Notes under the pieces: model-generated
What the model was told of the DNA's origin: nothing
Seen by the model: only the letters and a program-made list of their open reading frames with translations
The model's database searches: none
Position numbers and translations under genes: made by a program
Shown here: piece by piece, positions 24,850 to 39,994 of the stretch
Layout: every line of letters starts with the position of its first letter
How positions within the stretch are numbered: position 1 is the first letter of the stretch
Source: Octopus vulgaris
Taxonomy: Eukaryota
Direction of reading: 5' to 3'
DNA length: 64,000 bases
Assembly: GCA_951406725.2 (NCBI GenBank)
Contig: OX597814.1
Coordinates: forward strand, 179,862,001-179,926,000

Positions 24850-26429
24850 TCGTAGTTACACATATTTGTACATATGTCTGCCCTCCTATACGTTATTCTT
24901 CTCCCTTTGTTCATGAAGAAATGTATTCTGAAAGAAGTTCATTGTACAGTGTTTGCTATTTGTGTATTTGAAAAGGATAGCAATCAGTAAAGGAATGTAT
25001 TCATGACACTGTTCAATAACATTATTAACTTATGAATGAGTATACACAATATGAATATCACAACATTGTAAATCACATCTAGTATTAATGAGTATATCCT
25101 GCTCGTAGATAAAGCAACGTAGAGAGTTGGTGACCAGGTCATAGATGAACGACGAAAGACTTTAAGACCTAATACTATATTTTATAGGTATTTTAATAAT
25201 ATATCGATCGATCTAAGAGATAGCCAAACATCTACGAACTTTGAGAGGACATTAAAATCAATTTCGTCAACTCCTGTACATAAGTATCAACCCTGAAAGG
25301 ATATAAGACAAAGGTGATGCTGGTGGTGTTTAAATTTTCGCTGTAAAAGAACAAAACTAAATAATACAATGTCCAACTGCTCATCGATTCTGCATTTCAA
25401 TGCCCCAGATATGTTAAGAATATACAATACTCATATATTGTTCATAATTTATATTATATGATATTAATACATATATAACAAAACTATTATTGTTGATCTG
25501 ATTATCATTTTTATTATTTGCCATTCATCCTTTTGGTGGTGGTGAGATCAATGAAATAAAGTACCAATCAAATAACGAGTTTTACGTAGACGAATAAATC
25601 TTATAATAAAATTATATGATGTCGAAAAGTGCTAGGATTGCATGAATTTTAGAAAAACTTGTACTCGTGAGTACTCGATAAAATCCTATAGAATTTTGTA
25701 TTGCATCAGCTTCTACACTTCCATGTTGCAGAAATGTGTGCAGTGTTGTGTGTGTGCGTGTGTGTGTCTTTTTTCTTGGTGTGGGGGTGTGCAGACGCTT
25801 CCTGATATCGTATTGCGTGAGTTTCTTTTTTTAATGAGGTATGGTGCAGTCTTTTATTGTATTAATGTTTGTATTGGGTCGCTCCATGCGAAATCAACGT
25901 AGGTGCCGAAGGTGACTGAAACCGATTTCTTTCAAACTCTGCATGCTAAATGATCGTCATATGAAACATTTAAATATGGCATATCGTTTCCCTGACTCAA
26001 ATATTTGCTGAGTTACAACCATTTGAATTTTTCCAAAAAGCGACATTTTTTTCGGTTACTTAAAATTTTTGAGAACCCATATCTCAGCTACTACTTGAGG
26101 TAGAAAGCTTAATATTTATTTCATTTTAAAGCATTTAAATAGATCTACAACTTATGCTTTGACTATTTTTCCTTACACTAAACAACTGACCTAAAATTTG
26201 ACTTCTGACCTTTCATAGGTCAAAAGACGCAGTCATCGATTTTTTGTAATTTTCTCCAAATATTGCCCTACTTAGTTACAACTCACATACAAAAACCCAT
26301 ATTGGGATCTGAGTGGGAAGTGTCGTTATAAGGTCTCCTACTAACTATGGTTGATATAATACAGCCTAATTAAATTACTTTTTTTTCAGATTAGATATAT
26401 ATGACCATTTTAGTTAATTCTTGGTTACA

Positions 26430-28140
26430 GATGGATGCAAAAGAAAGACATTTAGCTAAGCAAGAAAAGTGTCGTGACCAATTTAAAAAGCATAAAGCAC
26501 CGGTGAAAATGGTTTAAGTACAATAGCAGCAGATTTTGCAACAAAATATCCTAAAGCAAGCTTAATTGCTGGACACAAAATATGTGACTCTTGTAGAAAA
26601 AAATTACCCACGTATCAAATTGAACCATCATCAGAAGATATGAGAGGTTGTACATCAACTACCACTGAAGCGACGTCTTCATCGACAGATGCCTTCGTTG
26701 CAGAAAAGGCAGAATTAGAGATACTCAACAATGCTCTGTCTGAAACTGGAGAACTTTCAATAAACAAATAAAAGATAGATACTATCATCATATACGGTGA
26801 GGAAACAAAAATCAAAACTGCTTATGCTTAAAATATGCAAATCCTTTCACTTAGAAGGGAAGTCGGTGAATCATCAAAAGAACTTAAAGATCATCTCCCT
26901 GAAAGTGAAATAGTAAAAGAACAATTCACAACAATATAAAAAATATCAGACAACTGCAAATTTTATATACACTAATACGATTCTGCCAAAAAGTTTATCT
27001 GAGAAAAATCCTAAAGGAGTTCAATGTGCCTGATTTACATGACTAGGTAAAAGGCTGGTCAATGAGCAAGGAATTTTATCACATCCTGGCCCTAGAAAAA
27101 GCACGTTTTCTCAAGAAATTGCCAATTGTGTTTCTCACTTTTATAATAATGAAGTAAGCAGAGTTATGCTAGGAGAAAGTACTACAAATCAGTAAAAACA
27201 AAATGGTACCTCATACCTTGTAACTTAAAGGAAGTCTTGTTTGAAGCAAAAAATCTTGAAACCAAACTTAATTTCTCAAAACTTTCAGGGTTAAAACTAA
27301 AAGAATGCATACATGCAGGTAGTGCTGGTAAACATAATGTATGTGTATACACCATTCATCAGAATGCCAAACTGGTGATTTCTGGCATGAAAGCTGATTT
27401 AACCAAGGATATGAAGTTTTGCTTGAATTATTATAAACAATGTTTGGAATTAATTACTAGCAACTCAACAAACGACTGTCACATGGGCAATTGTTCAAAT
27501 TGTAATTCTTTGCTAGAAAAGCTTGAAAAATTTTTCTATGAAATTTTTAATGTGAATATGATTGATGAAGTACAATATTAGCAATGGCTAACAACAGACA
27601 AAACAATCCGAGAAAATATGTCAAAATCAACAGATAACTTTGTTGAAATTTTCTGTCAAAATCTTAAAGCACTTAAAGTACATGATTTGATTGCAAAGAA
27701 ACAATCTACATTTTGTACTTCAAGAAAAAAATCTTTAAGTGAAGGAGAAATCTTAATCATAGCAGATTTTTCAGAGAATTATTCATTCATCTTGCAAGAT
27801 GCCGAACAAGGATTTCATTGGAACAATGCCCAAGCCACTAACCAAGTGTTTATCTGTTATAAACGAAACAATAATGTGACTAACATCAATGCTGTTATTA
27901 TATCCGACTGTATGAAGCATGATACAGTAGCAGTCCATCACTTCTAAAACAAGCTGACAGATATTCTTTGGGGCAAAGTCTTTAATATCAACAAAATTAT
28001 CTGTTTTCCAAATGGTGCTGCTTCACAATATAAACATTGTAAGAATTTTATAAATCTATGCTACCATTCTATAGATTTCCAAACTAATACACAGTGACAC
28101 CTCTTTGCTACTTCTCATGAGAAGGGAGCTTGTGATAGCT
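26430..28140 (+). pseudogene. Sola2-like DDE transposase fossil, truncated at a LINE insertion
   Basis: ORFs 27237-27581 (HNVCVYTIHQN, CHMGNCSNC) and 27618-27947 (ADFSENY, QGFHW, ISDCMKHDT); downstream NGAASQYK and FATSHEKGACD. Family assignment from motif recall. Confidence 0.65.
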
Positions 28141-28171
28141 TATTATGATTATTATTATTATTATCATCATT

Positions 28172-28968
28172 CAGTAGTTTTATTTTTATAACGAGTTTCA
28201 CTTCACTACCGAGCGCAGCTCTGTGTGCCTTGGGTATTTGCTGTGATTTTTTGGGATGCTCTGATGGTTACTGTATTGAAAGTGTTCTGCGTAGAATGTG
28301 TGCAGTGCCTAGTAGTGCAATTTTCTGTATGTTATATGTGTTTGTTAGTCCTGGTGTTTTTGTTATGTACTTGTCTGAATATTTTTTCATCATGCCTCAT
28401 GCACCTACTATGATAGGAATTGTTTCTCTTTTTAGATTCCACATTCTAGTTACCTCTATTTCCAGGTCTTTGTATTTTGAAAGTTTCTCCATTTCTTTTA
28501 TAGAGACGTTGTCATCTGCTGGTATTGATACATCAATTAGAAAGCATTTTTTCTTCTCTGACAACTATATCTGGTCTGTTGGCCTTAATTTCTCTATCTG
28601 TGTGTATTGGCATATCCCAGAGTATGGTTGCTTTCTCGTTTTCTGTGACCTTTTCTGGTGTGTGCCTATACCATCTTTTTTCTGTTGTTATTCCATAATG
28701 TTGGCATAGCTCCCTGTGTATGTAGCTCCCAACTCTGTCGTGTCTGTGAATATATTCATTCTTAGCCAGGACTGGGCAGCCAGAGATAATATGATTTATT
28801 GTTTCTTGTCCATCTCCACATATTCTGCAGTTACTTGTTATATTTCTTTTCATTACATGTTTTTGGTAATTCCTAGTGGGGAGGCTTTGGTCTTGCGCTG
28901 CAATTAAAAATCCCTCTGTCTCTGCTTTGAGTCCTGAGCTTCTCAACCATTGCTGAGATTTTTCTTCT

Positions 28969-28970
<2 letters not shown>
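28172..28970 (-). mobile_element. R4/Dong-type non-LTR retrotransposon 3' fragment (CCHC + REL endonuclease)
   Basis: LKAETEGFLIAAQDQ, CRICGDGQETINHIISGC, RHDRV, KANRPDIVV, IQKIALLGTAHILRRTL; (TAA)n on both sides. Confidence 0.88.
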
Positions 28971-29062
<92 letters not shown>

Positions 29063-29111
29063 CATTATCCTCATCATTATTATTAGTAGTAGTATTAGTA
29101 TTAGTATTATT

Positions 29112-29730
29112 GAGTGAGAGTGCAGTGCATGCCATCAAAGTGACACTAAGGTAAAATATACGAAGCCCAGTATACCCATCATGACTACCCGTTTGATAAG
29201 GGTACATCAGTCACATGCATCACAACCATATGTGCGCGACATGGTGATTTCATATCAAGATAAACAGCGCATGACCTTTCAGGTAGGGCCCAGTTAGAAT
29301 TTTCTTCTGGTCGAGTAGCCCATCCCGCTCAAAAGGTCCCTGAATAAGGATTGTTTAAGGATGTTGAACAAACTACCCATGTTTCAAAGGTGAATTATCC
29401 AAACCTCTAAGAATTCCTTTCAACACACGGCTATGATGCTCCCACACTACTTCTGCTTGTGATCAGAGATGCACATATCGTCAGCCACTAAGGGACATGA
29501 TCAACTGGATCAGGTCAAACAACTGACAAGCAAATCTGTGGTATTGAGCAGAATATTTGCTGTAGCCCATCTGATAAGTGTACACCAGGCACATAGGCGC
29601 TACATAGTGATTTCATATCAAGATAGACTACGTATGACCCTACAGGTGGGGCCGAATTATTCAGCACCCAATGAATTCCTCTCAAGAAATGGTTATATTA
29701 CCCCTCTACTACTCCTGCTCGTGATCAGAT
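29112..29730. repeat. Interspersed repeat of unknown class with partial internal duplication
   Basis: 29194-29290 (tgataagggtaca..catatcaagata..tgacc) recurs at ~29572-29655. Confidence 0.4.
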
Positions 29731-30494
29731 TCTCTGATACACAATGCTGCGATAAAACATTGGCAAGAAAAGCTACTACATGGACAATATTAGAAACATC
29801 TAAATACGGAAGAAAAAATAAAATGATTCCTAACACTTACCGAGATGTAAAGGATTCAACGCAGTGACAGAATGTTTCTTGATGGCGGCGACGCAAGACT
29901 AAAGCCTCCACACCAGAAAGTGCTACAGATAAATAATCTTTTCTACTATAGGCATAAGGCCTGAAATTTGTGGGGCCGGTGTTTCACTGGCACTCAATTT
30001 ATCGACCGCAAAAGGATGACATGGCTAACTAAAACAAATACTGTTGTCAATGACCACCAGCAAAAGAAATGAATCCTCATCGACAGAAGAAAATCTATCT
30101 CGAAAGAAATAGAGAAATTTGCCAAATATAGACCTGGAAATACAGATAACTTGCAATTAACGTCTGCAAAAAAATTCCCTACAATGATAAATATTTGGGG
30201 AATTATCAAATAATATTTTTTAAAAATGCATAACCGAGACCCCAGCATTCCAAATATTTGTAGTACACACAGTTATGCACTGCACACTTCTTACATAGCG
30301 TAATTTGGGTCAATGTTTTTTTAAAAATCGCATAATTCTGCGCACATACTGAACATCTTGCTCGTATATTGAACATCTGCAATAATTCAAATGAAAGAGT
30401 GTTTCTCTAAACCAGATAAACGTTATTATATTTATATTACACACATACACACAGGCACACATATAGACACGCTCACACATATACACACGTATAT

Positions 30495-30539
<45 letters not shown>

Positions 30540-31030
30540 ACCACAAACGCACACACAAATATATCTACATTACATATGTAGATAGGCAAGTAGATTCATA
30601 AAAAAAGATAGATCTACACATATATGTACATATATAAACATAGATTACGTATATCTAGATATAGATGTGTGTGTGTGCATGTGTGTACATACACACAAAC
30701 TCATATATAGATGTGTGTGTGTATGTATGTCTATCATACTTTTCATGTGTTCCATCTGAAATCGATGTGATGACAATGAAAATAAAAAGACGCATTATTA
30801 GTGTAAAAAATATTAAATTTTTCATCCTTTTATTTCGGAGATATCAGACACCTGAATCGTCTGACAAATGAAGGTGCAAAAGTTTCATTTTTTTTTTTTT
30901 TATCTTTCATTGTTTTTTTTAGATATATTATTTTAATTGCACTCTATAGCTTTTTACAACGGTTCAGACATACGCTCTGTAATCATTTCTTTTTCTTTCA
31001 TCGAAATCGACCGAAAAAAGATAACACTTG

Positions 31031-31085
31031 AAATTTTATTTTTACTTATGAACATTGTTATCGTTGTGTATAATATATGCAACAT

Positions 31086-31121
<36 letters not shown>

Positions 31122-31123
31122 GT

Positions 31124-31158
<35 letters not shown>

Positions 31159-31207
31159 CATATAGTATAGACAATGATAACAATGTTCATAAGTAAAAAT
31201 AAAATTT
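31031..31207. repeat. Palindrome centred on (TA)n
   Basis: aaattttatttttacttatgaacattgttatc (31031) is inverted at 31176-31207. Confidence 0.85.
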
Positions 31208-31227
31208 TACTTATGTATATGTATATA

Positions 31228-31333
<106 letters not shown>

Positions 31334-32156
31334 TACATATATATATATATATACATGTGTAAGCCGTATGTGAATGGATATATATATATGCACATACACC
31401 CCCACACATATATATACATATGTGTATGTGAGTACACGCGTGCGTGTGTGGGTTTGTGTGTGTGTGCGCGCGCATAATTTCATTTTATCAGAAACACACA
31501 GATACGTTATTTGTAATTTTCAATAATCATTAACTTCTTAATGTATTGTGATGAAAGTCTTACAGTATAATACATGCGACTAATATATATGTATACGCAT
31601 ATATTTATGTATGTCATACATACATACATACATACATACATACATACATACATACATACATACATACATACATACATACATACATACGTAAGTACATACA
31701 CACACATATATAAAGGGTGAACTGGTGGAACACTTTGTTGCCTAACATACAGAAAAGTACGCAATACATTTCAACTTATCTCATTTTCTTCACCCAATTA
31801 TTTTTGTGATGGTCGTATAGAAGCAGAGTCCTCACAGAGTCCTGCGCGAAGCAACCTTTGAGAATCAACCGTCTTTAATTGATTCAGTATGAACCCCAAA
31901 CGAAATCAGCGAAGATCATGGAGAAAATTACTAAACTGGTGACTGACGAGAATAAGACCAACAAAAACTGGTGGCAGTATGATTAGAAACAGGAAAAGTG
32001 TTCACAAAGCTTGCATATATAATTAGAAACGTAAGTTTCATGGAAATTTTCCCTGTGTCATAAAATGTGTTAGCTTCCTCTTGAATACCCAGGCTTGCTC
32101 GAAATCAGAGCAATGATATACATATTCAAAATCGTGGATTTAGCTTTTCGATTATA

Positions 32157-32680
32157 TCTATATATATAAAACTGTAGTTGTGTGAGTGTCTGTCCCCTTC
32201 GATTTAGATTCCTAACTATTCCCACATTTTGCGGTGCAGTTTAACCAAATTCGGGTATCTTATAGTCGTGATTCATATCAAGCCCGTCTGAGTATTAGCG
32301 CGTCTACGATGAGTCTACGATTTTTAAAATAATTTAACATCATTTTTTATTCCATTTTAATGCATAATTTTTCGTGTGTCGATGGAGTGTCGGCGTGTCG
32401 GCGGAGTTGGCGTCCATGGTCACACCTGCACCTGTTTGCTTCTCCCCCTTCTTCCCTCCCTCGTGAAGCTGTAGGGAAGGGAGTGTAAGGAAACCAACGT
32501 CGTAAAGCGTTGTCAAGGAGACCAGCGTTCTTTTAGAACAACGACTTCATGGCTTGAAGACACCAAAACAGAAATGGGTAAGAAAGCCCAAATTGGCATC
32601 TATAAGGGAAGTAACTCTCTAAAAATGCTTATATAGTTATTTCCCTTACAAACCCGAGCAACGCCGGGCGATACTGCTAG
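32157..32680 (+). mobile_element. Non-autonomous Helitron
   Basis: A|TC start, 3' hairpin cccgagcaacgccggg then CTAG|T; ends shared with 39609-39994. Confidence 0.88.
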
Positions 32681-33429
32681 TTATATATACAATACAGAAA
32701 TTTAAGTGTTGTGTATACAATATAGTAATTTTCTCTCATTATTTATGTACATTGAAGATTTTGCATTTCAATGGTTACTCAGACATACGCATGTGCATGC
32801 ACTCAAACACGCGCGCTTAGACATGCATACATACACACGCGCGCTCACACACTCAGACACACGCACACATGCATGCGATCATAGAGATTTGTTAGGGAAA
32901 CTGAGTTGGTGGAAATTACTTGGAAGCCAGTGGGATTGGCTACACTTGTAATTTAAAAGGCCAACAGTGACCCTGCACTGTCATACTCATTCTGCACGTA
33001 CTTCAAAGCTACAAATCTTTGCAGAATGCTCAGCAGCATGAAATATAATTTAATGGATAGTAATCAGTTCCGCTAGAAGAAAATTTGTCATCAAATCAGA
33101 TGGCTCCGTATAAATTGCATTGAATCCCCTTGGTTGGAGTGTAAGCATTCATTTTGAATACAGGTTAATTCATTGCGTACATAGTTCATTGGAACATTAC
33201 TCTGAACGTTGCTAAGTCGATGTCGATGGTAGAGTCCATTATATGCGTGTGTATGCGTGCATCTAAATATATATGCATATGCATATGTATATGTGTGTGT
33301 GTGTATGTATGTGCCTCTCTCGTTTTCTCTCTCTCTCTTTCTTTCTCTTTCTCTCTCTCTCTATCTATCTCTTCTTTCGCATACATACATACATAATACA
33401 TACATACATTTCGTTTTCGTGCTGCTCAT

Positions 33430-33810
33430 TTTAAGGTCTACTGATAAGCTATGAGTGTCAAGCTCAACATGGTCTGCAGCTAGTCTGTGTTTTTAGTGAT
33501 AAGTACAATGTCGTCTGCGAATCGGAGGTGTGTTAGCTGTTCGTCATTCATGTTCGCACCTCGTGTCCAGTCAATATTCCGGTTGAATATTTCTAGACAT
33601 GCGGTAAAGAGCTTTGTAGAGACGGTGTTTCTTTGCTTAACACCCTTCCCAATTGGAACCTTTACTGGTGGTGATACCAGAGATATATAGATTGTGCGTT
33701 CAGAGTTTGCATCTATGTGAAGTTTAAACTATTGTATCTCAACACCTTATATTTCCAGGGATTTCAACACTACCTTCATCTCGACAATACCGAAAGTCTT
33801 TTCGTAATTG
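33430..33810 (-). pseudogene. RTE-clade LINE reverse transcriptase remnant
   Basis: Minus translation VPIGKGVKQRNTVSTKLFTACLE and HLRFADDIVLI. Confidence 0.75.
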
Positions 33811-34085
33811 ACAAAAGAAGCCCATCGTGGGTGTGGGTGTTTCTGTGTATGTGTGTATGTGTATATCTGTGTTTGTGTGTGAGTATTGTCTTTGTATCTG
33901 TGTCCCCCACCACTGCCTCAGAACCGGCGTTAGGGTATTTATGTCCGCCTAACTTAGCTGTTCCACAAAAGGACCAATAAGTAACACGCTTTAAAAAGAT
34001 AAGTACTGGGGTTGATTCGTTCAACTAAAATTCTTCAAGGTTGTGTCCCAACATGGCCACAGTCTAATGATTGAAGCAAGTAAAA
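33811..34085 (+). mobile_element. SINE family A, old 3' half
   Basis: aaagaagccc, taacttagc, taagtactgggg, catggccacagtc..tgaagcaagtaaaa. Confidence 0.65.
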
Positions 34086-34317
34086 ATTTTTACGTTTCGA
34101 GAGATTGTCCTCACAATGTTAGGAGATGGTGTGAGATGAATTTTTATGAATCTCCACCTACAAATTATTATAGATTTGTGAATGGAGAAAACGTTTGTGG
34201 GCGCGAATTATTTTGTCTCCTAGGCAGTTACTTAATTCAAGAATACATTTGTGACCCACTAAATAGTCTTGTTTCTCTGAATCATTATTAATTGACAGAA
34301 ATTTTATTTAAACAATA

Positions 34318-34523
34318 CAGTAATTCCTCGACTATCGCGGGTGTTACTTTCCAAAATCCCCCACAGAAATAATTAAAATATTTAAAAAATATAAATATCT
34401 ATCGGCCGCAGAAACCCGGGTATACTGAGGAGTCTGCGCTATAAATTTACATATCTTAGCCAGAAAAATCCGTGATGTACTGAGTGCGCGATAGGAAAAC
34501 CGCGATATGGCGTGCGATTACAG
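34318..34523. mobile_element. Tigger/pogo-like MITE
   Basis: TA-cagtaattcctcgactatcgcgg ... ccgcgatatggcgtgcgattacag-TA imperfect TIRs. Confidence 0.65.
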
Positions 34524-35029
34524 TAACTTGTTCTTGGACTGTTCTAGGACAGACGTTTCAGTACTAATGATCCCAAATTAACATTAAAAAATTAATCAGA
34601 AATATTATGAAGATGAATATTGTCAAAATTACTGGTTGTTTTACTATTTATAATTCCATTAGAGGCTTGACGAGTTACGATGGAACAGCAGTATTATTGG
34701 ACTAAGAATCAATTAACGCTGCTTGATTACAACCACATTAAGACATTATTCGTTATCTTCATCATATAGACACGTCGCTATTGCATATCATTTCAACTCT
34801 ACCTATATAGTTTATCAGGTGTCAAAAGAAAATTCATTAGCTGTATCTTTGCCACGATGTCGTGTGTCTATGTCCTTTAAGTAGTTCAGCTGTCAAGTAA
34901 TTTATGAATCATGAATCTTTAATTTATATCTTCATCTGCAACCTTAACCTCATCAATTTCATTATTTTTTCTGAAGTTTTAAACTTTTTCTGCTATTTCA
35001 AAATAATCCATCCTTCCGGGTTCCCATCA

Positions 35030-35700
35030 TTAGAACTAATGATGGGAACCCGTTCTTGGATTGCAAACGCATATTTTTCAAAGTCGGAAGTAATAATCCG
35101 GCATGATAAACTGCTTTGATAATCGATGTTACTAGCATCACGGAGCTTTCTACTGACATATCCATGCATAGCATTCTGCTCATATAGATTCATACTTCCA
35201 TCCGATGATACGTTGCGATAGAGTCGTGCGACTTCTTTGGGCATGTATTCTAGGTTATCAGGCAAAAAGTGTTGCAGAACGAGCTGCCTTCCAAGTCATA
35301 TGATGTTATCAGCCTCATGCATGCAAACTTGGTCAAGGGATGCATTTCGACAGTTGGTGGTTCGATGTTGCCGATGGGATATGATGCGACGTTTATTAAT
35401 GTTAAGCCTCTGCCGCCTTGTTTTCGTTTTAGGTAGTGGCGGTCTACGCCACTGTTTATGTGGAAATTATGTATGCTGGTAAGTATTTTTCGGGTTTTCA
35501 CATCAATGGCACGTATTTTATCAAGCGTCTAATCAAGCAGCCCAAATGTTGGTATGTGTACTGGCACTGCAAACACATTTTTGGCTACTGTTTTATTGAA
35601 CGCAGAGAGTTCTGAAGTTCAAATTCGGCTGTAATATTTTTTAGTGACACGTATTTTGTTATAGATGCCATTGAAAGATATATTTTCATCCAGCTCTAGA
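35030..35700 (-). pseudogene. R4/Dong-type LINE remnant (RT C-terminus/thumb)
   Basis: KTRKILTSIHNFHINSGVDRHYLKRKQGGRGL; AMHGYVSRKL; SDFEKYAFAIQE. Confidence 0.75.
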
Positions 35701-35704
35701 TACC

Positions 35705-36062
35705 TGTATGTATGTATGTATGTATATATGTATGTATGTATGCTTGTATGTATGTACGTATGTATGATTGTATGTATGTATGCATGTATGTATGTATGTA
35801 TGTATGTATGTATGTATGTATGTATGTATGTATGTATGTATGCTTGTATGTATGTATGTATGATTGTATGTATGTATGTATGCATGTATGTATGTATGTA
35901 TGTATGTATGTATGTATGTATGTATGTATGTATGTATGTATGTATGTATGTATGTATGTATGTATGTATGTATGTATGTATGTATGTATGTATGTATGTA
36001 TGTATGTATGTATGTATGTATGTATACATGTATGCTTGCATGTATGCATGCATGTATGTATG
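35705..36062. repeat. (TATG)n microsatellite
   Basis: Direct reading. Confidence 0.95.
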
Positions 36063-36120
36063 TTTAGTTGAATTATCTCTTCCATTTTTTAATTATTTGA
36101 AGTTATCCTGTAGGGAAATA

Positions 36121-36330
36121 GAAAGCTCTGTGTTTGGAATGTAGATAACAAAAACAAATTGACACACTGAACTGGTGAATATCTTACATATTGTCACTAT
36201 TCTGCTTACAGGTTGTATTTGTAATGTTCATATTAACAGGATGGTTTGTTTTCCGAAAACCCTAGCTTTTCCAAATCGACATTTAGGCATTTACTAATAA
36301 AACCAAGTGCACCAATTATTATTGGTATAT
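36121..36330 (-). pseudogene. REL-endonuclease C-terminal remnant of R4/Dong-type LINE
   Basis: IPIIIGALGFISKCLNVDLEKLGF. Confidence 0.55.
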
Positions 36331-37010
36331 ATGTGAATGTATGTATGTATTCTATGTATATGAGTAAATGTGTGTATATGTGTCTGTGTGTGTGTGTGTG
36401 TGTATGCGTGTGTATGTGTGTACATAGTGAGAGACACACAGTATCGATTTTCTCGATATTACGTCCATAAACAATTTTATCTTACTGATATCTTCTGAAG
36501 GAATCATAAGTTTGAAGAAGTAATGTCGGTAGATTTTACGAGTATAAGTTGGTATACACGCTGAATTTGAAATGTATACAGGAATATCGATTGCGAAGTA
36601 AAACCAGATAAGATAAAACATGTCCGATTTACCTTAGCACTTCTACTATTCACATAGAGATATTATTTCAATTATACCCGTTTGTCTAAGAAATGACATA
36701 ACTAAGTGTATAAGACATCGCAATAACACTTCACATGTCTTACGTTTCAAACTTCTACAAGTATTTTATAATCTTTCTGAGAACTTAGTCAAGCAGTCAA
36801 GATCAATTAGCAGTATGTTTTTTTAATTTTTTTTTTCGGAAACATTATTTGATTTTCCTTTCTTATCAAAACAAGGTAACTATAATATTACTCCAGTGCA
36901 TCTTTCATCCGAAAATCTTGTACATATTTCAAATAGAACTTTTAAGGAATACCGTAAAATTAAATGCTTCAGAATCAATAGTATTTTATTATTAACTTTT
37001 ATTTTAAGTT

Positions 37011-37216
37011 GGCGAGCTGTTAGAGTCGTTAGTGCGCCGAACAAAATGTTTAGAGACATTTCGCCGGTCTTTAGAATTTCAGGTCAAATTCCGCCAAGGT
37101 CCACATAGCTTTTCATTTTTCCGGGGTCGATGAAATAAGTACCTGTTGATTATTGGAGTGGACGTTATCGACTAGTCTCCCCGTAAAATTTCAGGCTTTA
37201 TGCCTATGGTAGAAAG
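37011..37216 (+). mobile_element. tRNA-derived SINE, family D
   Basis: ggcgagctg..gtcgttag head, gcttttcattttccggggtcgatgaaataagtacc domain, tgcctatggtagaaag tail; same family as 42754. Confidence 0.65.
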
Positions 37217-37368
37217 CTTTGTTAACTTAACTGCTATTGCTTAGACCAGTTCCAATTAAATTCTTGACCATGTTGTAATTCTTATTTAGCCATAGTGTAT
37301 CTAGGAATCATATTATTTAGTGGGTGGTTCATTTTTTTAACATTCAAATATTATTTTGATTAATTATA

Positions 37369-37787
37369 GGCGTAGGAGTGGCTGTGTGGTAAGTAGCTTG
37401 CTTACCAACCATATGGTTCTGGGTTCAGTCCCAATGCGTGGCACCTTGGGCAAGTGTCATCTACTATAAGCCTCGGGCCGACCAAAGCCTTGTGAGTGGA
37501 TTTGGTAGACGGAGACTGAAAGAAGCCCGTTGTATATATGTATATATATATATGTATGTGCATGTGCGTGTATATGTTTGTGTGTCTATGTTTGTCTCCC
37601 CAACATCGCTTGACAACTGATGCTGGCGTGTTTACGTCCCCGTAACTTAGCGGCTCGGCAATAGAGGGCTATAGAATAAAGTACTAGGCTTACAAAGAAT
37701 AAGTCCTGGGGTCGATTTGCTCGACAAAAGGCGGTGCTCCAGCATGGCCGCTGTCACATGACTGAAACAAGTAAAAGAGTAAAAGAG
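37369..37787 (+). mobile_element. SINE family A
   Basis: Full-length. Confidence 0.88.
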
Positions 37788-38514
37788 CAATTATTGTAGC
37801 ATATCTAGAGTAATAACATATAAACGGAGAAATATTTATCTTTGCGATAATTTTTTCTAAAATAGAGTCACAGCCTGAAAACCGGGAGGCTGGAGTTAGC
37901 CAATTAAATTGACCCCAGTGATTGCCTTGTACTCTATTTTTTGGACGTCGAAAAGATAGAAAACAAAGTCGATCTCGTCAAGGTTTAAATCCAAAATATG
38001 AAGTATCAGAAGATATTTCAAACGATTATTTCTCGTCACGTCCGTATTTATCTCCATAATAATGACCGCGCCTGTCATGTTTACTACAGACGGTGAATTA
38101 AATGACTCTACTGAGTGTCAAACAAATGAAAAATGTCTTTCGGCGTAATACTTGTTCCAGCTGTTTTCGTGGTACTTGTTCTAATACGACGATTCATTGT
38201 GGTAAAATATACTTGTCGAAGTTACCGTGAGATTGAACCTGAAGTCTTACTTAATCATATGAACATAGCGTTTGACCAAGCATCAGAGCCACAATACTAT
38301 AAGTTACTGAAAATATGATTTTCTATTAAGAGAATATTTTATATTTGTCTAGCTTCAATCGATTATGAAGATAGTTTCTTTCTCCTACGAGTTCATTTGT
38401 TTGTTTATATTGGCTTCCAAATTAAGTAATATACATTATATAATAAATACATAATGTAAATGTAGAAATATTAATTCGGGTAAATGTATATACATACATA
38501 CATATATGTATGTA

Positions 38515-38563
<49 letters not shown>

Positions 38564-38706
38564 GTGTAGCTAGAAGAAGCACAAAACTTAAAATTGGTGT
38601 TTTGAATGAATTTACTAAACACGTTTTGTTGCAGTTATGTAATATTACCTTTGATACTTCAGTCGACATTTCAATGTGTATAGCTGTATATGCGTGTGTG
38701 TATACG

Positions 38707-38766
<60 letters not shown>

Positions 38767-38818
38767 CAAATATATATATGTATACATATATACACATATA
38801 TACATATATATATATATA

Positions 38819-38876
<58 letters not shown>

Positions 38877-38883
38877 CTATATA

Positions 38884-39017
<134 letters not shown>

Positions 39018-39608
39018 CATACATACACATATATACATTGATGTTTATGTAAACTGAATGAAAATTTCCAGCAAAAATATTCGACAGCAACCGATTAATG
39101 TAATAACTCTCAAGTAATCAATTACATTATAAACGAAATTACTTCGTAGAATAACTTTCGCTGACAACAGCAATTGTAATATGTTTTATTGAAACTGGCA
39201 CCAGAAGGTAAGGGAAACGAAATAGATTCAGCTCTAGTAATCACCTCCTTATGCACGCGTATGTGGTGTGTGAGAGTATATGAGTATGTGTCTGTCTGTG
39301 CGTATCAACTGCGGCTTCATACCAATATTCGCCCTACTTTTCGCTGAGGTTCTTATAGGCATTCATTGATGAAAAAATGATTTAGTATAAATTGGTTAGT
39401 CATGGTTACCATTAGTTTTATATGCAGGCTCATGTGCCTGACCACAGTATACTAACCGGAACAAGAGCTATCAACTTTTCAATGCCGTTTGATGAAGTGA
39501 ATCTAGAGAGAAGTAAATGCTTGTCATAAAGCCTGCATAAATAAATCACTCTAGTGTCGTCCTTCTTTGCACTGCAGAAAAATACTACATAGTCACAAAA
39601 AATATATA

Positions 39609-39994
39609 TCTTTATATATAAAAGTCAAGTTGTGTGTCTGTCTCCTACGACTTAGATTCCTAACTACTCCCACATTTTGCGGTGCAGTTTAACCAAAACT
39701 GGGTATCTTATAGTCGTGATTCATATCAAGCCCTTCTGCGTATTAGCGCGCGTCTACGATGAGTCTACGATTTCAAAAAAATTTTGCCATCATTTTTTTC
39801 CATTTTAATGCATTTTTTCGCTGTTATATAAGGGAAGTAACTCTCTAAAAATGTCTACGATGAGTCAACGATTTAAAAAAAAATTACCATCATTTTTTTT
39901 CCATTTCTTTGCTATTTTTTGGCTATAACTCTCTAAAAATGCTTATATAGTTATTTCCCTTACAAACCCGAGCAACGCCGGGCGATACTGCTAG
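39609..39994 (+). mobile_element. Non-autonomous Helitron
   Basis: A|TC start, the same 3' hairpin + CTAG|T as the 32157 copy. Confidence 0.88.
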
